From the IMG/VR virus record IMGVR_UViG_3300018495_000088, positions 45,163-109,162 of that record: 64,000 nt of DNA; one strand, written 5' to 3'. The notes under the pieces were generated by a model. The model did no database searches, was not told the DNA's origin, and saw nothing but the letters and a program-made list of their open reading frames with translations. Position 1 is the first letter of the stretch. The number at the start of each line of letters is the position of its first letter. The DNA comes from a virus. Lineage: Duplodnaviria; Caudoviricetes. Position numbers and translations under genes: made by a program. Of this stretch, positions 49,601-55,882 are shown piece by piece.

Positions 49601-50764
49601 GCGACAGAATTGCCTCTCGGCGACGCCATTACCAATCCTTGGAAAGCGGCAATAGAAAAAGTTGGCAAGTATGACGGTGATGCTCTTGCATTAATAAACA
49701 AATGGACCCAGGGGGGGTTCTTCGATGATTATAAGACGGGAGTAAGTAGTGATCTTTCATCTCCATGGAATGCGGGCTCTATTGCGGCAGATGCGTTCAA
49801 AACTAGTGTAGATACGGTTATGGACGACGTGGTTGCAAAGATTCAAACCAATGTTAAAACTGCATCTGATGAGCTGTCTGAGCTTTATAGTCAAATACTT
49901 GATACTGAGAAGAGGGCTCAAAACGTAGGTGCCGAAGGTGGTTCTAGCAACAACGGTAATAATACACACGGCAACTTTGAGAATGTAGTGGCGGACAAAC
50001 CTCAAGTTGAAGCTCCAAAGGTTGAAGCTAAACCCTTAACAGAAGCTCAAAAACTAGTACCTCAAATTACTAGATTTGGCACCGCAGAAGGAAGTGGTAT
50101 GAACGCAGGAAGCAAGGGAGGAGATAATGGTGTTGTTGAATGGGATGGCGAGAGCTTCAAGGTTCAAAATTCAGGAATTACATATCGTCCAGGACAACCT
50201 TTGTATGATGCTGCTGTTAAACATTTAAAATTTGGTGACAGACAAATTTTCGGATGGCGCGGAGGAGTATACGGATACCTTGACGGCGTGATTCAACGAC
50301 TAGAGGGTAGAACCTTATCAAAAGCTGGATACAATAATCTAGTTGCCTATGCGAAGAAGAAATACTCGAAATTCGCCAAAGGTACCACAGGCACCAAGCG
50401 TGACGAATGGGCAATCACCGATGAACCTCAGTTCGGAGACGAGCTTGTTCTCGTTCCTGGCAAGGATGGAAATCTTTCCTTTATGCGTAAGGGTACAGGC
50501 GTTGTTCCCGCAGACCTCACAGCCAACCTTATGGAATGGGGTAAGTTTGATCCTAGTTCTATGAACCTTGGCAGTGGCGTAAATGTCAATATGATTAACA
50601 ATGCAGTCAACAAGCCCGAATTCAATCTCAGTGTAGATAACTTCTTGAGATGCGATAATGTATCTCAAGACAGCCTGCCTGAACTGAAACAATTTGTAAA
50701 AGAACAAATGAACTCTCTGGTTAAACAGATGAATTATAGTCTGAAGAAATCAGGAGCTAGATAA
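40607..50764 (+). CDS. Tail tape measure protein (3385 aa)
   Basis: Largely helical; TP901-type core (EIDLALTELKKVTDET...FNEVGNRFAITS...VGTALKTLTLRLRG); hydrophobic segment NPVGWIILAIGAIAGGV; C-terminal KFAKGT; followed by Dit and Tal. Confidence 0.9.
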   Translation: MAGKYEDAIGGVNINLSINEVLDEKSHKKVADKIDETKKNAEKPIKIKIDSGEMDELLNQEKEIVKTIKQLGRLKVDAKGISGLLNGGMSKADIQKTIDALNSLYEVQNKIRQVSGNTKRTGSDFLSGFSANDIKTDLLPKLQEQLSELNKLGLDNIEQLRERERLQGRLSKITKKDLERAKARVVDGGDADLEAKAIENIVIGRRKVVEEMKTSGLFSEQEIKDIERQNKGLAEQIALLRSIRVAKVKDGEKIVVQKDGDKTVSLEEGELPPARKPRAQKPKTETPPPIVTENSALQQLKRDAETASKAFGEAENKLHDIYEAERKLDEQIELAGLVDYSEKYKTAINAREQALSGLRGGISKKRDHVAKEIQVRGAVGKLKDSGALSDEALASIQRDVLEYNLAVRGKYEKTTKEQLDKMFAKIFDKIDKSTLKQTSEYRNLGWQQEEQDINGLLAKKRQLAVEHKAAAKAYNDAADASSEAHKKLHAAEDGDDSAVRAAEEKARLEAEAAAAEKARLEEEARLREETHRAEEARRAEEERFAREREEAERRALELAQQRAEEEARIAAEKEKQSPQSSAGTQQEIKSQEELQKKIEDTNRIIKIQKQWLEYLDPVLDDENFKTSGKREATEQLKSKTLNLLDVRRNPDQYAHLSDYEIKAELAQSQAYKEAERQGVALSTLTRYHTDAVFVHDQNIKKLQDERALHAKILEDAENELEVLQKQLQVETNAEKVRKHNFKRTVNEKPGRFRIKKQESQAYETESGQLSLFPDAKEDIETADNLAEANEKVAKSRKKVNDAVEGTQMTIDDIVPASAEDAAPKVEAEAKAIDKVGKTAEKAAGSKKKFAKANSEVAASTTPSIEGLKAEADAIEDVDEAVNSFKTRSGIGPMSGFGSESMDNFNLPKDYLGEKGQDAVQMFAKLKSEIEELTGKPVTIDFVSDVNDEGQLEAVGATLKYVNEEAGVTVKQFYDIQRNQDGILTAVQSHEKATLAASKAAKAFNTEMQQKLALEQVKTLESRMGSLKDTTGEFALALRNAQVAAKKIDGEEGLKEFNLSLRVAGEKAKQLKSGLKGQNTLDTIASMERALLTLPSRLDEVKRRLNALGDVDGADAIGDVLRSVNEEYQQFLSSNNSEDKVKLFRSLTSSMVWANAEMRNLSGKSAEIKRQETEVDKEELAKQKLERASYIGWWKDALNEQAEEEDKVRARQKQEQSYSDWWNKALFDQEQAEKAKDERVIAARKKREEEYEKWWLKALHDREQAEQKKADAPNLNYGKTTASSAVRKRDNIQGEIDALGVINPEILAKIDAYKAKVKEVVDLRDKFAGDSSVAKDPELVKQFQKASAEAERARRGIKAVIDEEQKMIQMSEEQGFFPKDLAPDQMSDLQDTMLKLVKTTSQGRVEIKGWNDDNTKLYYTVTDSKGAVEEMTMALGQGTNRLYQYRTATKETGTLFEQVFKGIKVKAKELLSFVIGGGSVYKVIELFRQGIQYVREIDLALTELKKVTDETEESYDRFLETAAKTGARLGTTISAVTEATATFAKLGYTMEQATEMAESAIVYKNVGDNIASTEDAADSIISTMKGFRLEASESMAIVDRFNEVGNRFAITSQGIGEALRLSASALSEGGNSLDESIALIAAANEVVNDPSSVGTALKTLTLRLRGSKTELEEMGEDVTDMATTTSQLQAKLLALTGGQVDIMLDENTFKNSTQILREMAEAWEDMNDIQRASALELMGGKRQANVLSALIQNFDTVEKAIETSANSAGSALKENERYLDSIQGKIDQFNNALQSMWSGTLDSGLVKWFVNLGTELVKVVDTLGLIPSILLSIGSFKILQSLFKGTDIIGFIKSIGALTMGTKVFEAETRKASFALIGETINTKLAGSALVEYAVKMKLAKAADISKMTTTQLLGLSFKALGVAILDATKAVLAFLFTNPVGWIILAIGAIAGGVAIFNHFHKTTEELTEELGELKNELRDIQGELESLNSELETTESRMAELLAMDSLSFAEKEELDRLRKQNDELQRSIDLNEQKQKNAQRAAEKTFVQVAESIVDKDTYDYGGKRGFWDKLFGSQAQAYGQSMSADEYIDAMMVEYDKHLEYQKDQEANGYNWWTAKDPKANPEKYAGQIQDYIDQLTEAADGIDYDTAGTATKEWLDYIYNLEDKWAIHQGGENAKTNAITRIFNKDEFEGVSEEIDSLVKKYKATGDATILDQIGIQASKAKEDLDAVGLSVDNVVDYFTLESNGPNLSTIEGITEVYQDGINILGKYKNARDEILGQDENGENITWNNLFTTDEDGKKVADNLKIASILEGSDEAIRQEFTKMVEAVENGEMEVDAALAKWNVSGFGKVLDNLNNEFESVNNEMFANIADDIHGLIDTVSELQSALEDVAGTIDLLSVAEEQMANSGQISVKTALDLMETTDDYSKVVTVQNGVLKLATGAQEYLTQSKFNSIKTQLEASAALAENTYQTALASNTELDYADNANVVMTAESIKAEAIGRVSAVVVALGAAMDEIMAGNFGSAFSSFGSTYKSATATVVAQSNAMKTSIAELQRDAENKRALADVYSFADDYESFKNNYDFDKTPGDKYDDDKDAALDAFQRAMDYWENRIAANQARYDQLQNDIDLLESKNQKASTEYYKEQIGLLQEFNDKGVLVGGTMHLLAQKRSEAYTYLKSLQEGSEEWWEVANVINDIESEIDEVTASVVDLQDAMAETEWYKYEEFGNRLDDITSKLETIRNLIAPNGEEDWFDDEGNWNEAGVAYLGSYIQDLADFNEGLARAKEEYAKYTEEYAGNEGYYANLGIHSEQELYDKREELIEQQYDYAESINDTEQSVIDMYESNIDAIEEYTDKLVDSYNDYIDSVKEALDAERDLYNFKKNVQKQTKDIAAIERRIASLSGSTNASDIAERRRLEADLYGAREELDDTYYEHAKETQQEALDNEAEAYEETMNRFIEGLRLGLDQATVNMDEFLMSVTSMVTLNANTVLAKYEATELPLGDAITNPWKAAIEKVGKYDGDALALINKWTQGGFFDDYKTGVSSDLSSPWNAGSIAADAFKTSVDTVMDDVVAKIQTNVKTASDELSELYSQILDTEKRAQNVGAEGGSSNNGNNTHGNFENVVADKPQVEAPKVEAKPLTEAQKLVPQITRFGTAEGSGMNAGSKGGDNGVVEWDGESFKVQNSGITYRPGQPLYDAAVKHLKFGDRQIFGWRGGVYGYLDGVIQRLEGRTLSKAGYNNLVAYAKKKYSKFAKGTTGTKRDEWAITDEPQFGDELVLVPGKDGNLSFMRKGTGVVPADLTANLMEWGKFDPSSMNLGSGVNVNMINNAVNKPEFNLSVDNFLRCDNVSQDSLPELKQFVKEQMNSLVKQMNYSLKKSGAR

Positions 50765-50769
50765 CCAAT

Positions 50770-50795
50770 AAGGTGGGGAGAAATCCCCACCTTTA
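50770..50795 (+). terminator. Intrinsic terminator/hairpin after the TMP
   Basis: AAGGTGGGGA-GAAA-TCCCCACCTT. Confidence 0.7.
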
Positions 50796-50852
50796 ATAAT
50801 AGGAGAATGTATAGATGAATAAAAATATTGAAGTAGTTAAGGAGGGAACCTT

Positions 50853-51971
50853 ATGGTAAATCCTCATAAAATAAAGTACAACAACACCCTTAGCACCGCA
50901 TTGGTCACAGACTTGCTTGTTTGCGTAGCCTTTGAGGGTGATAACGGTGAAGTTAATTCTTATCTAAACCGAGAAGCTGTGGCTAGCGAAACCTATGATG
51001 GCCGCTACAGAAGAGTCCATAGCTATAAATATAACGAATTTTTCTCGCCTAAGTTTACATTTATTAAGAAAAATTTCGGCGACTTTGAAATGAGAGAAGT
51101 GCGTGAAGTGCTCAAGTGGTTGACCTCAACATCTCAACCTACACTTCTTGAAGCATATTACGAACACCAAGATTATAATAATACAGTTGATTGGGCCGCT
51201 ATTGGAGGCTGGACTGAGATTAGCACCTATAAGCTTGGCAACAATAGAACAATCGGCATAACTGCCACTTTTGAATCTTGTATGCCATATGCTTTGTCTA
51301 CTTTGTATACTAAAACTAAAACTGTTACCAATCTTGCAGACAATAAGATTGTTATTCCCGTAGATACAGATGAATCTCAGGTGCCGATTTACCCTCGCGT
51401 TAAAATCAGACATCACGGTCTTATGATAGAGACGCTTCCTGGTGCACAATATAATGTTTTATCTGATATGGTTCCTAATACTGCATATTACGATAGAAGT
51501 ATTGGAAAGTACTACTGGAAGTCTGAAGAAAAAACGAGTAGCATTGAAAAACCTACATACAATTGGGAAATAATTCTTGTTGAAAATGCGGATGCTGTTC
51601 AGTGGGAAAAGAACAAAATATATTATGACCAAAGGATGTATTATTGGGTTGATCCATATTATTTTCATGCGAAAGATAGTTATAATTTAACAACGACTAG
51701 TGTCAGAATTAGAAATAAAAACACTGATTTCCTTACCCAAAATAGCGAGTATACTTCTACTACTGTTGTTAAGAACAATAACTCCTCAGAAGAGATTGTC
51801 ATTGATGGGGCTAATAAAATCATTTTTAGCAATAGTGTTAATCGTATCTTTGGGGATGATTTTAATTTAGAGTGGTTGGAATTGCGTGACGGTGAAAATG
51901 AAATTACCGTTGAGGGCAATTGCGATATAGAAATTTCGTGGAGAGAGCCGCGCAAGATTGGTGAATGGTAA
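50853..51971 (+). CDS. Distal tail protein (Dit) with an internal insertion (372 aa)
   Basis: Follows the TMP; EVLKWLT, YPRVKI and C-terminal DFNLEWLELRDGENEITVEGNC..EISWREP Dit-like motifs. Confidence 0.75.
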   Translation: MVNPHKIKYNNTLSTALVTDLLVCVAFEGDNGEVNSYLNREAVASETYDGRYRRVHSYKYNEFFSPKFTFIKKNFGDFEMREVREVLKWLTSTSQPTLLEAYYEHQDYNNTVDWAAIGGWTEISTYKLGNNRTIGITATFESCMPYALSTLYTKTKTVTNLADNKIVIPVDTDESQVPIYPRVKIRHHGLMIETLPGAQYNVLSDMVPNTAYYDRSIGKYYWKSEEKTSSIEKPTYNWEIILVENADAVQWEKNKIYYDQRMYYWVDPYYFHAKDSYNLTTTSVRIRNKNTDFLTQNSEYTSTTVVKNNNSSEEIVIDGANKIIFSNSVNRIFGDDFNLEWLELRDGENEITVEGNCDIEISWREPRKIGEW

Positions 51972-51983
51972 GGTGGTGGCGTT

Positions 51984-54900
51984 ATGAAGTTATCAATTCC
52001 ACGAGACCAATTTTTAAACCCCAACCCTCCTCGTGTATTCTTATGCAATACCTCAAAAAAAGTGCTGGGTGAATTGCCTGCCACTTCCGTTAATTTAAAT
52101 GCGAAATGGCGTTCATATAGTGAGCTATCTTTTGAGATACAGAGAACTTATGTAGATTTAATTGAGGGAGGCTCGAAAATCCATCCCTTGTATGATAAAG
52201 CAGAGGCTCCTAGAAATTGTCTTCTTGAGGGGTATGGATACTTTTCGATTCAAGATGTTGATGATAAAAGCGGAGATAACGATATTAAATCTATAACTGC
52301 ATTCTCGCTTGAGTATGCAACCTCTAATAAATATCTGACCAATTGGCATATTAATACAGGAGAAATTGATAGTAAAGAAGTTTTATACAACGAAAAACTT
52401 CACGGCATCGACTACAATACTGATGCAGATTCGTTTTACAAACTTGCATCAGGAGAATTCGACCCGTTTGAAAGCTATTACAAAAAGACACAAACGGAAG
52501 ATTCGTATACCTGGGAGCAGGTGGCTATTGCCGATTCCGAGGAATATGCAAAGTATATTAATAGCACTTCTGGTAACGAATACGAAAAGCTTTATATGAA
52601 GAACTTCCCCAATGTTCAATTTTACAATAGAAATAGGCCCGAACTTTCTCTTTTGCATTTAGTGTTTGAGCACATTCCTGGTTGGGAAATAGGCAATGTA
52701 GACCAATCGCTTTGGCGCAAAGAACGAAAGTTTAGTGAGGATAGGGTTTCTGTTTATGACTTCCTTAATACGACCGTTGCCGAAACATTTAAGTGTATGT
52801 TTATATGGGACTCCTTAAGCGGCCTTGTTCATGTCTACGAGGAAGTTGAAGATGATGAAATTGAAAACGAAGCGTCAACCCGTTGGGAGACTGACGTTTT
52901 TATATCAAAAGATAATCTTGCTTCGGAATGTTCTGTGCAATACTCTTCCGACGATATAAAAACTAAGCTTGTAGTCACAGGTTCCGATAACCTCGATATC
53001 CGAGAGGTCAACCTGGGTAGAAACGAGATTATGGACTTAAGCTTCTATCACACAGAAGAGTGGATGGAGCCCGATCTATTTGACGCTTATTCCAATTATC
53101 TGGCTGCCGTCAAGGAAGCAGACACAGGAAAAGATGAGTTTGGTAATAAAAGTTCTATATATCCTACGTCTTATTCTGAGGCTATGCAAGGCTGGGTAAC
53201 TGCCAATAATCGTTATAACGATATAACGCATCACATTCCAGCACATGGCAATGTGGTTTTAATTGGAGATCCTTTCAAAAAATTGTATTGTTCATTTACT
53301 CCTGTCGACACCGCATATACAAATGTGACAATTTCAAGCTCTACAAAGTGGGTCGACAGTATCTATTCTGATGCACAATTTACCAAGGAGATAACTGGTG
53401 TAAATAACGGAACAGAATATTATGTCCAAGGATTTAGACTAAAGTATATTGCGGGAGACGGAAGGTTTCAAGCTGTTGAAAATATGTCCGCCAGCGCTAA
53501 TACAGCATTAGTTAAAAAGCTTAATTTATATCATGTTGACGATGATACGGAGGCAAATAAGTCCGACAATATTTTATTAAAACTTAAAAATTCGGCATCG
53601 GACGTTGTTACTATTCGAATTTATGATAAGAAACAAATTGCATCCTCATATGATCCCGATGTAAATTATTATCTTAAAAATGACAAGGGTGTATATGCAA
53701 AGACTGTAATTGGAGATCAGGTGCAGTTTAATGATCGAAAGGCGGAATACGGAGATAAGTTATACACCAATGATTATCGCATTCAATCTATTGTTATACG
53801 AGCTTCTCATGGTGCACCTGAAGCGGCAGATACATACACCCTAACCGAGTGGACCAGCGGTAGTTTGACTGCTCAAAAGATGGGACTACAAGATTACAAA
53901 ATTACTTACATTGGAACAATGGGCGCGTATTTTGTTTTAGCTACCGATGAAAAGAGAGTTGAAAATCTGCAGGATTACGGTGTTAATTTGCTCAAAGAGA
54001 GACATGAAACATATACGACCATTTTTCAAACTCAGACCGAAGCAATGTTCTCTCAGGAAAAATATCAATGTATTGCACAAGATGAAGAGCCTGAAGGAGA
54101 TTATGTTGATGGAACAAGATGGTTAGACACTAATAGCAACCCTGTTGTACTTAATGCATACAATGGAACAACCAACAAATGGGATAAAATTGAAGCTTCG
54201 TTGTCTGAGAATGACCAGAAGAATTATGAAAACTACCAACGGTACATTGATAATTATGAGAAGTTAAGATCTGTGCAATCTGTTTTGTCCAAAAAGGAAC
54301 GTGAGTCTATTTACTGTTTAAATGGTTATGCGATATCTGATGAAATAATTGATATTAAAAATTATATTATGGATAGCGATGGTGAACTACGATATAACGG
54401 TAAAACGCTAGAGGGTCGTTTGATGGACATAGCTAAAAAGCACTTTAGTGGTTATGGTTGTGCAAGAGTCGATATGGAGCAAAGGCTACCTCTGTACAAG
54501 TTCAGCACTGGTTTTGACACGAGTCATACGTTTGCTGTTTATCTTAGGGGTAAGACTCCTTATGTGGCATATGCAAATTCTCAGGGTGTATATCAAATGA
54601 TTATGGAATATATCCGAGACAAGACCGAAATGAGCAACTTTTTCACCAAAGACCAATGGATTCGTTTGTCTCCGTTTATTAAAGAAGACGAGTACAATGA
54701 CTCTAATTTCTTACTTACTGGATATGAGTCCGAAGAAGAAAGAATAAAAATATGCGAAGAGCTTATGGAGTCTGCGGCAAAAGAATTGAAAACACTCTGT
54801 CAGCCTAGCCTATCTTTCTCTATGACTATGGCGAATATTTTGGCTTTGCCTGAATTTGAACCTTTATTCAATCAATTCCAACTCGGCAACTTTATTAAGG

Positions 54901-55865
54901 TTGGCATTAGAGATGGATATGTTAAAAGATCAAGATTACTTGAAGTTAATATGAGCTTTGATGATTTGACTGATTTTTCTTGCACTTTCGGAAATTTAGT
55001 AACAACAAAATCAGAGATCGACAAACACGCAGAACTTCTTGCTCAGGCGGTTTCTGCAGGTAAACAGGTTGCGACGGCGGCAGGCGAATGGCAGAGGGCT
55101 GTTGACAAAGTAAACAAGCTCGAAGAAGATATTTCCAATGGTCTTCGTGATGCTGCTCTAGCTGTTGGTAAGGCAAGCGGTCAGGCTATTTCTTGGGATT
55201 CTACTGGTATGCATTTTAGAAAATATAAAGACGGGTCTACTACGGAATTCGAACCAGAAGAAATGGCAATCATCAATAATTCTCTCGTGGCAACGAATGA
55301 CTCGTGGAGAACATCTAAAGCTGCGTTTGGTAAGTATTTTATCAATGGAGAAGAGCGCTGGGGCCCGATTGCGGAATATGTTACGGCTGACACCATTGAG
55401 GGTAAATTTATTAAAGGTGGAACTATTCAGATTGGTGATGAAACAAAAGAAGGCGGAAGCTTATTCATTGTTAATGAAGATGGAAGCGTCCAAATTAAAT
55501 CTGGCGGCACTAATTATGTTAACGCTCTTAAACAAATTGACGATGCATATAGATATCAATTAATTTTAACATATGATAAATCTACTATTTTTTCCGATGC
55601 TAAAGACGCTTGTTTAGTTACATGTACTATTTATGATTATAATGAAAACGTGACGCAGGAATTTATAGAAAAGGGTGCAAAATTTTCATGGATTCGTTCT
55701 TCTTATGGAGGAGATGACTCTGAATGGAATGAAGCACACAAAGAAAATCAAACAAATACATTAACAATTACAACGGAAGATGTCATAAAAAATGCCACAT
55801 TTTCTTGCAGTGTAACCATTGATGATGAATTATTAAAAACAGAAGAAACAGAAGAAGCAGTTTAA
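51984..55865 (+). CDS. Tal/baseplate hub-tail spike protein (1293 aa)
   Basis: Follows Dit; YSELSFEI, DIREVNLG, P.LSFSMTMAN...FQLGNFIKV motifs of SPbeta-like Tal proteins. Confidence 0.75.
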   Translation: MKLSIPRDQFLNPNPPRVFLCNTSKKVLGELPATSVNLNAKWRSYSELSFEIQRTYVDLIEGGSKIHPLYDKAEAPRNCLLEGYGYFSIQDVDDKSGDNDIKSITAFSLEYATSNKYLTNWHINTGEIDSKEVLYNEKLHGIDYNTDADSFYKLASGEFDPFESYYKKTQTEDSYTWEQVAIADSEEYAKYINSTSGNEYEKLYMKNFPNVQFYNRNRPELSLLHLVFEHIPGWEIGNVDQSLWRKERKFSEDRVSVYDFLNTTVAETFKCMFIWDSLSGLVHVYEEVEDDEIENEASTRWETDVFISKDNLASECSVQYSSDDIKTKLVVTGSDNLDIREVNLGRNEIMDLSFYHTEEWMEPDLFDAYSNYLAAVKEADTGKDEFGNKSSIYPTSYSEAMQGWVTANNRYNDITHHIPAHGNVVLIGDPFKKLYCSFTPVDTAYTNVTISSSTKWVDSIYSDAQFTKEITGVNNGTEYYVQGFRLKYIAGDGRFQAVENMSASANTALVKKLNLYHVDDDTEANKSDNILLKLKNSASDVVTIRIYDKKQIASSYDPDVNYYLKNDKGVYAKTVIGDQVQFNDRKAEYGDKLYTNDYRIQSIVIRASHGAPEAADTYTLTEWTSGSLTAQKMGLQDYKITYIGTMGAYFVLATDEKRVENLQDYGVNLLKERHETYTTIFQTQTEAMFSQEKYQCIAQDEEPEGDYVDGTRWLDTNSNPVVLNAYNGTTNKWDKIEASLSENDQKNYENYQRYIDNYEKLRSVQSVLSKKERESIYCLNGYAISDEIIDIKNYIMDSDGELRYNGKTLEGRLMDIAKKHFSGYGCARVDMEQRLPLYKFSTGFDTSHTFAVYLRGKTPYVAYANSQGVYQMIMEYIRDKTEMSNFFTKDQWIRLSPFIKEDEYNDSNFLLTGYESEEERIKICEELMESAAKELKTLCQPSLSFSMTMANILALPEFEPLFNQFQLGNFIKVGIRDGYVKRSRLLEVNMSFDDLTDFSCTFGNLVTTKSEIDKHAELLAQAVSAGKQVATAAGEWQRAVDKVNKLEEDISNGLRDAALAVGKASGQAISWDSTGMHFRKYKDGSTTEFEPEEMAIINNSLVATNDSWRTSKAAFGKYFINGEERWGPIAEYVTADTIEGKFIKGGTIQIGDETKEGGSLFIVNEDGSVQIKSGGTNYVNALKQIDDAYRYQLILTYDKSTIFSDAKDACLVTCTIYDYNENVTQEFIEKGAKFSWIRSSYGGDDSEWNEAHKENQTNTLTITTEDVIKNATFSCSVTIDDELLKTEETEEAV

Positions 55866-55882
55866 GGAAGGAGGATATTCTA

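Noticed and set aside
49711-49717. G7 homopolymer in the TMP as a phase-variation site
   Set aside because: Gene is in frame (Gln-Gly-Gly) and presumably essential; a single short run with no other support
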